NCBI GenBank assembly: GCA_023150835.1
Contig: JAKLKB010000001.1
Coordinates: 124,001-181,133, forward strand
Source: Myxococcota bacterium
GTDB lineage: Bacteria > Myxococcota_C > UBA6777
DNA: 57,133 nucleotides
Reading direction: 5' to 3'
The position numbers and the translations under genes are program-made. Positions 41,036-50,168 of the stretch are shown here, one piece after another (the first letter of the stretch is position 1; each line of letters begins with the position of its first letter). The notes below the pieces were generated by a model, which saw only the letters and a program-made list of their open reading frames with translations, made no database searches and was not told the origin of the DNA.

Positions 41036-41659
41036 ATGAGCCGAAACACCAACGGATCGTCTTCTCTGTATTCTTTTTCCATCCCGATGACAGCGCTTCA
41101 TCAGAGCGCGAACGTGATCACCTTCATCTCCACCGACGGAAACAAGAGCCTATTCACCAACCGCCCCTTCAAAGCTGGCCAAGTCATCGACGTGTTGCCC
41201 CGTGTGTCCGAGCAAGACTATCCCACCCGCTACACCGTGCAAACGGGCCCGAATCAGCACATCGATATCGGCGAAGTTTGGGCGTGTGGCAATCACTCTT
41301 GCGCACCCACCATGCTGTTCGATATGCGTCGGATGCTGGTGACCGCAACGCGTGATCTCAAAGCCGGCGAAGAACTGACCTTCTTCTACCCCTCGACCGA
41401 ATGGGATATGGCAGAGCCCTTCGTTTGTCATTGCCATTCATCCGAATGCTTGCAACACATCGCAGGCGCTCGTTATATCCCGACCTCCGTCCTCGAAGGC
41501 TACTTCCTCAACGATCACATCGCCGCCTTGGTGACCGAGCGCGACGCACAAAACGACACCGCCGAAACCCACGAAGAACAACACACCAACGGCATCTCCA
41601 ACGGCACATCGAACGGAAACGGTCACGCCGAACACCACCATCGGATCAACGGAAAATAA
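41036..41659 (+). CDS. SET-domain (with post-SET) protein-lysine methyltransferase-like protein
   Basis: NHSC.P, RDL.AGEELTFFY, post-SET CxC...C (CHCHSSEC); start uncertain. Confidence 0.85.
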   Translation: MSRNTNGSSSLYSFSIPMTALHQSANVITFISTDGNKSLFTNRPFKAGQVIDVLPRVSEQDYPTRYTVQTGPNQHIDIGEVWACGNHSCAPTMLFDMRRMLVTATRDLKAGEELTFFYPSTEWDMAEPFVCHCHSSECLQHIAGARYIPTSVLEGYFLNDHIAALVTERDAQNDTAETHEEQHTNGISNGTSNGNGHAEHHHRINGK

Positions 41660-41841
41660 GTCCACGGAAAACACGGAAGACGACCAACGGGAGTCTCACG
41701 CTTCGTAAAACACGGAACACAGGGGGGAAGAGGAACACAGGGGGGAAGAGGAAAACACGGAAAGAAGAGGAACACTCGGGGGCGGGTCGGATGGGGGGCG
41801 GGCAGCGTTAACGATACGGAAAATTGGCGAGTTTCGTCTTG

Positions 41842-41955
41842 TACGAAATCCGCTCGTTGTGTGATCGTAAAGAGGTAGGGGCAGCCCCCCGTGGCTGCCC
41901 AATCATAGGGCGTCTACGCACTCTCCTTTGCTGTGTACATCACTCGGATATAGTC
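41842..41955 (-). mobile_element. MITE-like element, copy 2 (reverse orientation)
   Basis: TACGAAATCCG...GTAGGGGCAGCCCCCCGTGGCTGCCC...CACTCGGATAT. Confidence 0.75.
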
Positions 41956-43389
41956 TTATTCGATACAGCCGTTGTATTCGAGAGTGAACATGCGCTCGGC
42001 GTGGAAGCAGACGTTGTAGAGGGGGAGACCTTTGGCGAGGTGGTGGAGGGTGGTGAAGAGTTGGGACTGAGCGAGGTCTTGGATCTCTTGGAGGAAAGCG
42101 TCGTGGTGTTGTTCTTGGAGGGGTAGGAGTTTGGGTTGCCGGAGCATAAAGAGGCCGGATTGTTTGCGAGCGTAGGCGGAGACTTGGGGGTGGTTGACGA
42201 ACATCTGGCTATTTCCGCAGGCGGGGGAGACGAGGGGTAGTTTGCTGAAGGGTTCGACGTCATCGGTGACGTGGACGTTCATGATGGCGCCTTCGTCGTG
42301 GCGCCCGCCAAGGATGATAAATTCGAGATCGGTGACGCCGCTCCATCGGAGGTGATGGAAGGCGCGGAGGAAGTGTTCGACGAGTTCGCGTCGGATGCCG
42401 TATTCTTCGCCGTGAAGCATCATGAGTCGGATATGTCCGCATCCGATGTGCGGGGGTTGGAGGAGATGTTCGAGGATGGCTTCGCGGAGTTCGGGGGGAG
42501 GACTGGCGAAGTAAGCGCGCCAATCTTCGGCGCGTTGGAGTTGTGGGACTTGTGTTGCGAGGCGGGGATCTTGTCGGATGCTGCGGATCATGGCGTTTGC
42601 GCAATCGATATCGGAGTGCATATAGAAGCGGCCAAAGGAGTCGACGTAGTTTTGGAGAAGTTGGGGGAGGTGGTTGAGATCGATGTGTTGTTGGGTGACA
42701 CGCTCGACCGCAGCGAGGGCAAGGAGGAAGTCGCCAGCGTCGCCACCGGGGACACCGATGACACCCTTTTCATCGCGTCCATCGACACAAGAGCGTTTGC
42801 CGTGGCTGAGGAGGGCTGCGAGGCGGATCCAGCGGATATTTGCGGGATCGCCGAGGTGGGTTTCGACATCGCGGCCATCAAGGTGTTGTCCGGCTTTGGT
42901 GGTGTTTTGGAGCTTTACGTAATCTTCGAGGCCGATATCGGGGGTATCGAGGGAGAAGAGGCGTTTGAGGACGCGGGTGTGTCGGCTGACAAGGTATCCC
43001 ATACGCTTCCACTCTTGCATACCGCCGTACATGGCGGCGACAAACTTCATGCCGAGCATCTCAAGGTAGAGCGCGGCTTTTCCTGCGCGATTTCCGTGAT
43101 TGGAGACAAGGATGATGGCGGTATCGGAGGGATAGGCTTGTGCGAGCAGGGGAAGATCAGCAGGACGAACGCGGACGATGCCGGGGATATGGCCCAAAAA
43201 GCCGAGCAGTTCGTTGTCATCGCGCAAGTCGAACAGGCGGACGCTGCGGCCTTGTTCGGCGACGAATTCGGGGGTTTGGGTGGGGATGCCCGAGGCGGAA
43301 CGTTTGAGATTGACGTTCCAGTTGATCTGAAGGAGGCGTCGGGCAGGATCGATTTGTAGGTTTAGGATCTGTGGGGCGTCATGGTGCAT
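41956..43389 (-). CDS. Rhodanese-like domain fused to a putative carbonic anhydrase domain (zeta/beta-like metal site)
   Basis: N-terminal DLR...E...GHIPG, S..GNRA, GGM..W; C-terminal CVDGR, PGGDAG, MHSD, HIGCGH, GRHDE; GGAGG RBS. Confidence 0.7.
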   Translation of the reverse strand: MHHDAPQILNLQIDPARRLLQINWNVNLKRSASGIPTQTPEFVAEQGRSVRLFDLRDDNELLGFLGHIPGIVRVRPADLPLLAQAYPSDTAIILVSNHGNRAGKAALYLEMLGMKFVAAMYGGMQEWKRMGYLVSRHTRVLKRLFSLDTPDIGLEDYVKLQNTTKAGQHLDGRDVETHLGDPANIRWIRLAALLSHGKRSCVDGRDEKGVIGVPGGDAGDFLLALAAVERVTQQHIDLNHLPQLLQNYVDSFGRFYMHSDIDCANAMIRSIRQDPRLATQVPQLQRAEDWRAYFASPPPELREAILEHLLQPPHIGCGHIRLMMLHGEEYGIRRELVEHFLRAFHHLRWSGVTDLEFIILGGRHDEGAIMNVHVTDDVEPFSKLPLVSPACGNSQMFVNHPQVSAYARKQSGLFMLRQPKLLPLQEQHHDAFLQEIQDLAQSQLFTTLHHLAKGLPLYNVCFHAERMFTLEYNGCIE

Positions 43390-43455
43390 GCGAATCCTCC
43401 CGTCAAGGCGGGTGTGGGTTGATGTTTGGGTGTATCAAGAAGTTAACGTTTGTGC

Positions 43456-43552
43456 GTATCGAGGATAAGGAGCGTAGAGGATTTAATGTTCGGGTGTATC
43501 GAGGATGAGAAGTGTAGAGGATTTAATGTTCGGGTGCATCGAGGACAAGGAG
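43456..43552. repeat. Tandem 40-bp duplication covering the dabB 3' end
   Basis: (GT/GC)ATCGAGGA at 43456, 43496, 43536. Confidence 0.85.
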
Positions 43553-44950
43553 TTCGTGTTTGAGCGAGTGGAGGGCGGGGTCGACAAGTTCGGGTTTGGG
43601 GGATTCGGTGGAGGGGAGGTTGGGCGAGTCGGCGGGTGTGGGGGAGATGGTTTGGAGCAAGTGTTCGTCCCATTGGTTGAGGCGGCGAGAGAACTTGAGG
43701 AGGGGGTTGACGAGGACGCGATCGAAGAAGGCTTCGAGGAGTGCGCGTTCGATGGCGACGAAGTAGAGCCAGCGTTGGAGGCGTTTTGGCAAGCGTTGCC
43801 AGAAGAAAAGGCCGGGGCTTTGGTAGGCTCCGCCATAGAGGGAAGTGATCTCGTGGTGGGTGTGAAGGGCGGAAGGGACTTTGAGGAACTGGTAAGAGCG
43901 CAAGAGTGCGTGGCTAAAGAGGTGGATTTGGGCGAGGGTGATCCATCCGAGGCCGATCTCGATCAGCATAAACCCGAGTTGAACGATGGTGGCGTCTGCA
44001 AGGGAGTTTTTGGCGTCGGTTTGGATCTGACCAAAGAGCGTGCCGAGGATAACGCTGATCGTGCCGAGAACGATCAAGAGGGGAAGGATGCCGGGGGTGG
44101 CTTGGAGCAGGGGAAACATGCGAAGCAACAGGAAGATGCCAAGGTGTGTGGAGAGCGCGCCATAGAAGACAGCGCTGGAGGGAGTGGGGCCTTCCATCGC
44201 ACGAGGTAGCCAGTTGATAAAGGGGAACAAACTGGCTTTGACGACGGCAGCGAGGACAAGAAGAAGGCACAAGAAGAAAGCGATGGAGATCACAGAGCCG
44301 CTTTGAAGGAGGATGCGGAGATTGTCTGGGGTGAGGACGTGTTGGAAGTGGGTGGTTTTGAGGGTGGTGTGAAGCCACAAACCGACGGTCAGAAGGGCGA
44401 GATCGCCGAGTCGGTAGATAAAGAAGATGTAGAGTCCGTTGTCGACGGGGCCTTTGCGCTCGTAGAAAAAGGTGACGAGCAAGACGGAGCTAATGCCCAA
44501 GCACTCCCACCCAACCCACAAAAGGTCGAGACATCCGGCAGTGATGGCGATCTGTAGGCCAAAGGCAGCAAGGTGAAGCAAGATGAAAAAGCGGAGGAAG
44601 CCTTCTTCGCGGTGCAGATAGGAAAAGGCGAAGCGGCCGACAAGACCGACGAGAACGCCCGCAAAGAGCAGATAAAGCAAGGCGAGGCGATCAAGCATCA
44701 AGACGACATCGATACGGTAGGTTTTGAAGAGTCCGTAGGACCAGAACAAGGCGTCAGGATACGAAAGGGTAGCGATGAACAGGAAAAGGATCAGGCCGAC
44801 GTTGAAGACAAAATAAGTGCTGCTCATCTGCTTGACCCATCTTTCAGGAAGATGGAGGCGAAACAACAAGCCGAGGCCGAGTCCGAGGGTGATCGCAAGA
44901 GGAAGAAAAAGCAAGATGAGAAGGGCAAGTTCGATGGTTTGTTTGAGCAT
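43523..44950 (-). CDS. dabB: DabB/MpsA-like NuoL-family proton-conducting membrane subunit
   Basis: LMLDRL, SYLHREEG..RFF, GWE.LGISS.LL..F, YRLGD, KAS.FPF..WLP.AMEGPTPSSA, D.K..L; directly downstream of the DUF2309 gene. Confidence 0.85.
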   Translation of the reverse strand: MLKQTIELALLILLFLPLAITLGLGLGLLFRLHLPERWVKQMSSTYFVFNVGLILFLFIATLSYPDALFWSYGLFKTYRIDVVLMLDRLALLYLLFAGVLVGLVGRFAFSYLHREEGFLRFFILLHLAAFGLQIAITAGCLDLLWVGWECLGISSVLLVTFFYERKGPVDNGLYIFFIYRLGDLALLTVGLWLHTTLKTTHFQHVLTPDNLRILLQSGSVISIAFFLCLLLVLAAVVKASLFPFINWLPRAMEGPTPSSAVFYGALSTHLGIFLLLRMFPLLQATPGILPLLIVLGTISVILGTLFGQIQTDAKNSLADATIVQLGFMLIEIGLGWITLAQIHLFSHALLRSYQFLKVPSALHTHHEITSLYGGAYQSPGLFFWQRLPKRLQRWLYFVAIERALLEAFFDRVLVNPLLKFSRRLNQWDEHLLQTISPTPADSPNLPSTESPKPELVDPALHSLKHELLVLDAPEH

Positions 44951-44955
44951 GGTGA

Positions 44956-47900
44956 TCAGGCTCCTTCCGTCGGATGGGCCGAGGGCGCGGTCGAAGAAGA
45001 AGAAGTAGAGGACGACGAGAGAGAAGAAGGCGAGAGAGAAGAAGGCGAAGAGGAAGCCGAGAGGTCGCGATGTTGGGGACAGTCTTGGCAGGCTTCGGGG
45101 TCGTGAGGGTGGGGTTCACCGATGGAGGCGAGGATACGGGCAGGGAGGAGGTGGCCGCGTTTGCCACGATACCAAACGCTGGACTCGACAGCTTTTTTGA
45201 GCGGCAAAGCGGGGGGAGTCCAAGGGAGGGCCTGTTGTGCTTCCCAGAAGAAGAACTGGCGGGAGTCAGGATCGATCAGTGCGACGCGCAACCATTGGTG
45301 GTCGATAAGTTTTTTGACGTAAGGTAGGTTGGCGAGGACGCGCTCAAAGCGTGCGGGGCTTTGTTCGACGATCATCAAGAGGCGGACAGGTTCGTGGATC
45401 TCGACCATCTGCCAAGGGAGTCCGGCTTGAAGGTCGCTGAGGTTGCCGTTGATCACGCCGATGTATCCGGAGATATTGTGCGGGAGTTTGGTGCCTGCGC
45501 CATAGAAGGAGTTGTTGACGTAGGAGAAGAAGTATTCGAGGTTGATGCCGGCACAGACGGGGACAACGGCGTTCAGGATGGAGGTCAGCGTTTTGATCTC
45601 GTGATCTTGAGAGGGGTTGTAGGAGACGAGGAAGGCACGACGATCGAGATAGAGGTTGCGGGTGAGGTCTCTTCGTCCGACGATGCAAAGGGCGTTGGTA
45701 GCGTGTCCACATTCGGGTCGGGGTTCGGAGATATCACTGGCGCGTTCTTCGACGTGTTCGAGGGCTTCGGCAGGGCTGAGATGGAGGGGGAAAGACTCGA
45801 AGCGTCGGCATCGTTCGTGGGCATTGCGACGGCGGGCTTCGTCGAGGATGGCGCGGATCTCTTGGAAGCGTTGTTGGTGAGAAGGGGGGAGCTTGTCGAG
45901 TTCGTAGTATTCGATGGAGTCTGCGGTGGTATCGTGCATACAGCCGACAAACCAAGTATCATCGGGGATATCGATCAGGGCTTGATTGCGGAGGGATTGG
46001 CGGATGGAAGGGGTGTTGAGGGTGGCGGCAAAGATACGGGCGTTGGGGCCGCCTTGTGCGCCGCCACAAGCGCCGCAGTCGTAGGCGGCTTTGTGGGGGT
46101 TGTTGCGACTGCTTGATCCGTGTCCTGTGACAAAGATCAACGGAGCGAAGTTGGAGGTGAGTCCCATGATGCGCAGGATCGATTGAACGCGGGCCAAGAG
46201 TTCGTCGTGGGTGAAGCCTTCGGCATCGGTGGCATCGGTGGCATCGGTGGCATCGGTGGCATCGGTGGCATCGGGCTTGAGGATGGTCATCTCGGTTTGG
46301 ATGGTGGGCAGGAAGCCCGTTTTGAAGCGTTGTTCGACCTCTTTGGCTTTTCGGGGGGCAAGGATGCGCAAGAGCATCGGGATGAAGTTGAGCAGTCCGA
46401 TCACAAGGGTCCAAAAGAATCCGCGAAGGGGCATCCGGCTATTGACAAAGCTTTGTCGTCGGAACCATCCGAGCAGTCGGCGTTTGCGGAAAAGCTCTTC
46501 GAGAGGTTGATGTTGTTTTTCGGGGTGGGGTTGGGGTCGTTCGCCGACTTTGTTTTTGGGGAAAAGGACAGGAGGGCAAAGAGACCGATAGTAGGGGTCT
46601 TGGAGTCCTTTGTATTTCATATCGATGCCAAAGAATCCGGCGACTCCGAAGGTTTCGCAACGCGGGTCGATCTCTTCGAGGTGACGGCGAAAGGACTCTT
46701 CGCGGTCGTCGATGCAGCAGGCGATCTGAAAGGAAGGTCGGTCTTTTTTGGGGGGTAGGCGATCATTTTGGGCGATGTTTTCGTGCAGGCCGTCGAGGGC
46801 GCGTTGGTAGTAGTTTCGTTCGTAAGCGAGGTGCCAGATCCATGCGCGCTGGGTTTCGTCGAAGGAAGCGATATCGCGGTTGATTTGTTGGAGATGTTCG
46901 TGGGGGGCGTGGGCGAATTCGTCGGCGGAGATGCCGGCGTAGAGGCAGCATTGGAAGAGGTAGTAGGAATCGGCGAGGATATCACGTGGAGGCGTGGGAA
47001 GGAGAGCGCGGACGTCTTTCCAAGGTTTGGCCATCCAAGCACAGGTGGGTCGTTCGATGATCTCGTCGGACCAAGCGGCCCATTCAGCGGAGATCTGGAG
47101 GGCGATGGCTTGGAGTAGAGAAGGGGTTTCTTCGGGCCGGACAAGATAATCGGGCCGTTGTTCGAGCATACGGATCATGCCCATCCAGCCGCGCAAAGAG
47201 AAGATCACAGAAGAGAGATACGTTTCGTGATCTTCGGGGGCGACTTGGAGTTTTTGGAGAGCGATGGCGATGATCTTTTCGGGTGTATAGGACTTTTCGA
47301 GCGCGTTTCGGAGCGCGGAAACGAGCGTTTCAAGCCAGCGTTCCATCGGGGTGAGGGCGCGGTCGTAGATCGCAACGAACGTGCGCAGGATGCCTTCTTC
47401 GCGATCGGGCATGGGCTGAAATGACATACCTTGATCGCAGAAGCGAGAGAGAAAGCGCAGAAGGATGGGGTGTGTTTTGTTGTCGAGATCTTCGCCTTCT
47501 TGGGCCAACAAGACATCGCGGTGTCGGTGAAAAGGAGAGGTGGGTGTGGGCAACAGCGTGTGGTGACGGCTCCATTTGAGGCAACGAAGCCAGAGTGCGG
47601 TGAGTGTGAATTGTTCGGTGTCTTCATAGACCCATGCGTCGAGTTCTTCGGTGGTTTTGGGAGAGAGTTGGTAGTAGGCTTGGAGCAAGTGTTGGGCGAG
47701 GTCGGGTTGGGATTCAGCGGTGAGGTATTCGATGCGTTCTTGGAGGGAGCCTTGGCGAGCAAAGTGATTCCAGCGGGTCTGAAAACGCTCGATGTGTCGC
47801 TGTTTGAGTTCAAGGGGAAGGCGTAGAGGAAAGCGCAGGAGTTCGCCTTGTTCGAGCAGTCGCCAAGAAAGCGCGCCAAGAGAGGGGGGTTGAAGTCCGT

Positions 47901-48570
47901 GTTGCAAGATCAAACGCTTCCAAAGTGTCGGCGTGTTGAGATAGGCGGATATCCCGATGGGAAGGTCTGTTTGAGCGGGGGAGAGTTGAAGGATGGCGTC
48001 GATATCGTCGAGCGTGATCCGCCCTGTTTGAAGATCTGCGAAGTAGTCCGCTTCTTTTCGCAAAGAGTGGGTTTCAAAGGAGCGGTTGGCCCGTTGGATG
48101 GCTTCTTGGAAAGTGAAATCCTCGAAGGCGTGCAGTGTATTGTGGTGGATAAAATAATCCAGCGGATGTTGTGAGGGGAGATAATGGCCGAGTTCTTCGA
48201 CCAGTTCGAGCAGATGATTCGTGGTTTCTTCGCTCGGTTCGGTGCTTTGCGAGACGGAGGAGTGAGCAGGTGGCGCATCGGCGGATTGTGAGATCGTTGG
48301 TTGTGAAGGCGATGTATCGGTGCTTTGCGGGGTTGTTGGCTGTGAAGGCGGTGTATCGGTGCTTTGTGAGGTCGTTGGCTGTAAAGGCGGTGTATCGGTG
48401 ATTTGTGAGGTTGTTGGCTGTGAAGGCGGTGTATCGGTGCTTTGTGATGTCGTTGGCTGTGAAGGCGGTGTATCGGTGCTTTGCGACGTAGCGGTTTGTG
48501 GTGTTGAATCGTGCGTCTTTGAGAGGCCGATGTTTTCGGGGGTTGGGTGAAGATTTTTGGGTTCGGTCAT
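44956..48570 (-). CDS. dabA: DabA/MpsB (DUF2309/UPF0753) inorganic-carbon transporter subunit
   Basis: LPSQ.PL..FIHHNTL.AF, CCIDDREESFRRHLE, T.GVAGFFG, CPP, GHGS...NNP..AAYDCGACGG, H.TT, RPE, RR.FL.SY, INLEY.FS, GLP.Q....HEP.RL. Confidence 0.95.
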   Translation of the reverse strand: MTEPKNLHPTPENIGLSKTHDSTPQTATSQSTDTPPSQPTTSQSTDTPPSQPTTSQITDTPPLQPTTSQSTDTPPSQPTTPQSTDTSPSQPTISQSADAPPAHSSVSQSTEPSEETTNHLLELVEELGHYLPSQHPLDYFIHHNTLHAFEDFTFQEAIQRANRSFETHSLRKEADYFADLQTGRITLDDIDAILQLSPAQTDLPIGISAYLNTPTLWKRLILQHGLQPPSLGALSWRLLEQGELLRFPLRLPLELKQRHIERFQTRWNHFARQGSLQERIEYLTAESQPDLAQHLLQAYYQLSPKTTEELDAWVYEDTEQFTLTALWLRCLKWSRHHTLLPTPTSPFHRHRDVLLAQEGEDLDNKTHPILLRFLSRFCDQGMSFQPMPDREEGILRTFVAIYDRALTPMERWLETLVSALRNALEKSYTPEKIIAIALQKLQVAPEDHETYLSSVIFSLRGWMGMIRMLEQRPDYLVRPEETPSLLQAIALQISAEWAAWSDEIIERPTCAWMAKPWKDVRALLPTPPRDILADSYYLFQCCLYAGISADEFAHAPHEHLQQINRDIASFDETQRAWIWHLAYERNYYQRALDGLHENIAQNDRLPPKKDRPSFQIACCIDDREESFRRHLEEIDPRCETFGVAGFFGIDMKYKGLQDPYYRSLCPPVLFPKNKVGERPQPHPEKQHQPLEELFRKRRLLGWFRRQSFVNSRMPLRGFFWTLVIGLLNFIPMLLRILAPRKAKEVEQRFKTGFLPTIQTEMTILKPDATDATDATDATDATDAEGFTHDELLARVQSILRIMGLTSNFAPLIFVTGHGSSSRNNPHKAAYDCGACGGAQGGPNARIFAATLNTPSIRQSLRNQALIDIPDDTWFVGCMHDTTADSIEYYELDKLPPSHQQRFQEIRAILDEARRRNAHERCRRFESFPLHLSPAEALEHVEERASDISEPRPECGHATNALCIVGRRDLTRNLYLDRRAFLVSYNPSQDHEIKTLTSILNAVVPVCAGINLEYFFSYVNNSFYGAGTKLPHNISGYIGVINGNLSDLQAGLPWQMVEIHEPVRLLMIVEQSPARFERVLANLPYVKKLIDHQWLRVALIDPDSRQFFFWEAQQALPWTPPALPLKKAVESSVWYRGKRGHLLPARILASIGEPHPHDPEACQDCPQHRDLSASSSPSSLSPSSLSSSSTSSSSTAPSAHPTEGA

Positions 48571-48612
48571 GTTTCACCTAGGGGGTTGTAAGGCGGTTGG
48601 TGCAAGAGGAGA

Positions 48613-49995
48613 TTAAGAAAAGCGGAAGAAGACGTAAGGGACAAAGCCGTTGATGACGATGATCAAGACGAAGCCGAGGAAAGCGAGGTATTCGCGGGGC
48701 TTGAGCGAGATATCGAAGTGAGGCAGGTAGGCGACAGGGCCGAGAAAGACGCGGGAGAAACAGCGGAACATCACCCATGCGTTGAGGCCGATGACGACGA
48801 GGGAAGCAAAGCCTTGGACGGCGTCGTGATTAAAGCGAGTTTGGAGGACGAGTTCTTCTGCGATATAGCCGATGGTTCCGGGGAAGCCGAGAGCGGTGAG
48901 TACGAGCAAGAAGAAAAAGGCGGCGAGGCTAGGGAGTCGGCGTGCGAGTCCTTGGTGTTGGGTGATGCGAGTGACATCAAGGCGGGCTTCGGCAAGCCAG
49001 AGAACGCCGAGCACACCGCCAAAAACGACGGTGACCATCGCAAGTTCGATGGTGCTGTGATGGAGGTGGCTGCGGTTGGGAGTAAGGAAAAGCGTCATCC
49101 CAAGGGAAAGAAAGGAGAGGTATTGGTAGAGGGCAAGGGAGCGCAGGGTGTTTTGGGTGAGGGAGATCAGGGAGAAGTAAAAGGCGTTGAGCAAAAAGAC
49201 GATGAGCAAGACTTCACGGAGAGGTTGGAGCAGATGGAGCAAGTAGAGACTGCCGAAGAAAAGGGTGGAACCAAGCAGGGCGTGGCTAAAGAGATAGGCC
49301 ATGAGTGCGCTGTATCGGGCTTTTTGAAAGAGCAGCAAAGAAGGGAGATGCAGGGGAGCCAAACCGATCTGAAAAAACAGCGCAAGAGCAAAGAGCAGCG
49401 AGGTGAGAAAGCTGATCTTGGTGTGCGGAAGGAGGAGATAAAGTTCGTGGAGGGAAAAGAGAGAGGGTTGGTCTTTGAGAGGGAGATCGGCGTAGAGGGA
49501 AGCAAAGGCAGCGACGAGCAGAAGGATTTTGGTGGATTGAAAGAAGAGGAAAAAACTGGTTTGACGGGGTGTTGCGTGACGGACGCGGAGTTCCAAGTAG
49601 AAAGGGAGGATCAGCAAAAGAAGCGAGACAAAGAAGGTCAGAAGATGGGCGGACAAGAGCAGGAGAGAGAGGGCGAAGTGGACGAGGAAGATCAGGGTCA
49701 CTTTTTGGACGTAGTACAGGTTGGAGGGGCACAACAGCACCAGAAGGAGGAACAAGAAAGAGAAGAAGCAAAGCAAGAGAGCTTGGTAGGGTGCGCTGGC
49801 GATGCCAAGGCTCGGCCAAGCGCTGAAGGAGTCGGGAGATTTGGAGAGCAGGAGGATCAAGGCGAGGAGCCAAGCGGTGGTTGCGGCAAAGTGGGCGATA
49901 AAGCGCGGGAAGGTGCGTCCCCAAGAAGAGAGATGCAGCGCGGCGATCGCGAGCAAGGGAGTTAGTAGGATCAAGATCAGTTTCCAAGCCATCAT
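48613..49995 (-). CDS. Second, NuoM/MrpD-like membrane subunit (degenerate)
   Basis: Many TM helices; G..PLH; GLARRLP.L...F....L..LGFPGT.GY.AE; F..VF.G; EY. Confidence 0.8.
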   Translation of the reverse strand: MMAWKLILILLTPLLAIAALHLSSWGRTFPRFIAHFAATTAWLLALILLLSKSPDSFSAWPSLGIASAPYQALLLCFFSFLFLLLVLLCPSNLYYVQKVTLIFLVHFALSLLLLSAHLLTFFVSLLLLILPFYLELRVRHATPRQTSFFLFFQSTKILLLVAAFASLYADLPLKDQPSLFSLHELYLLLPHTKISFLTSLLFALALFFQIGLAPLHLPSLLLFQKARYSALMAYLFSHALLGSTLFFGSLYLLHLLQPLREVLLIVFLLNAFYFSLISLTQNTLRSLALYQYLSFLSLGMTLFLTPNRSHLHHSTIELAMVTVVFGGVLGVLWLAEARLDVTRITQHQGLARRLPSLAAFFFLLVLTALGFPGTIGYIAEELVLQTRFNHDAVQGFASLVVIGLNAWVMFRCFSRVFLGPVAYLPHFDISLKPREYLAFLGFVLIIVINGFVPYVFFRFS

Positions 49996-50168
49996 CAAAA
50001 ATACTCTCGGAATGAACGGCAAAAAACCCACCGCAAGGGATCCCGTTGTTTTGTGAGGGGAGGCGGTAAAGTTGTTTGCGTAGTGGTGTGAGTGAAGCTA
50101 TCGGACGTCCGAAGAGATGCGCGAGGTGCAGGGTGGATCTTTTTGACCAGCGGTGTGTATGCGCGAGA

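Noticed and set aside
42271-49965. Long plus-strand ORFs (e.g. 42271-43359, 48718-49965)
   Set aside because: Antisense shadows of the well-supported minus-strand genes, favoured by strong codon skew
43523-49995. Respiratory complex I or Mrp antiporter operon
   Set aside because: No other nuo or mrp subunits; the two membrane genes flank a DUF2309 gene
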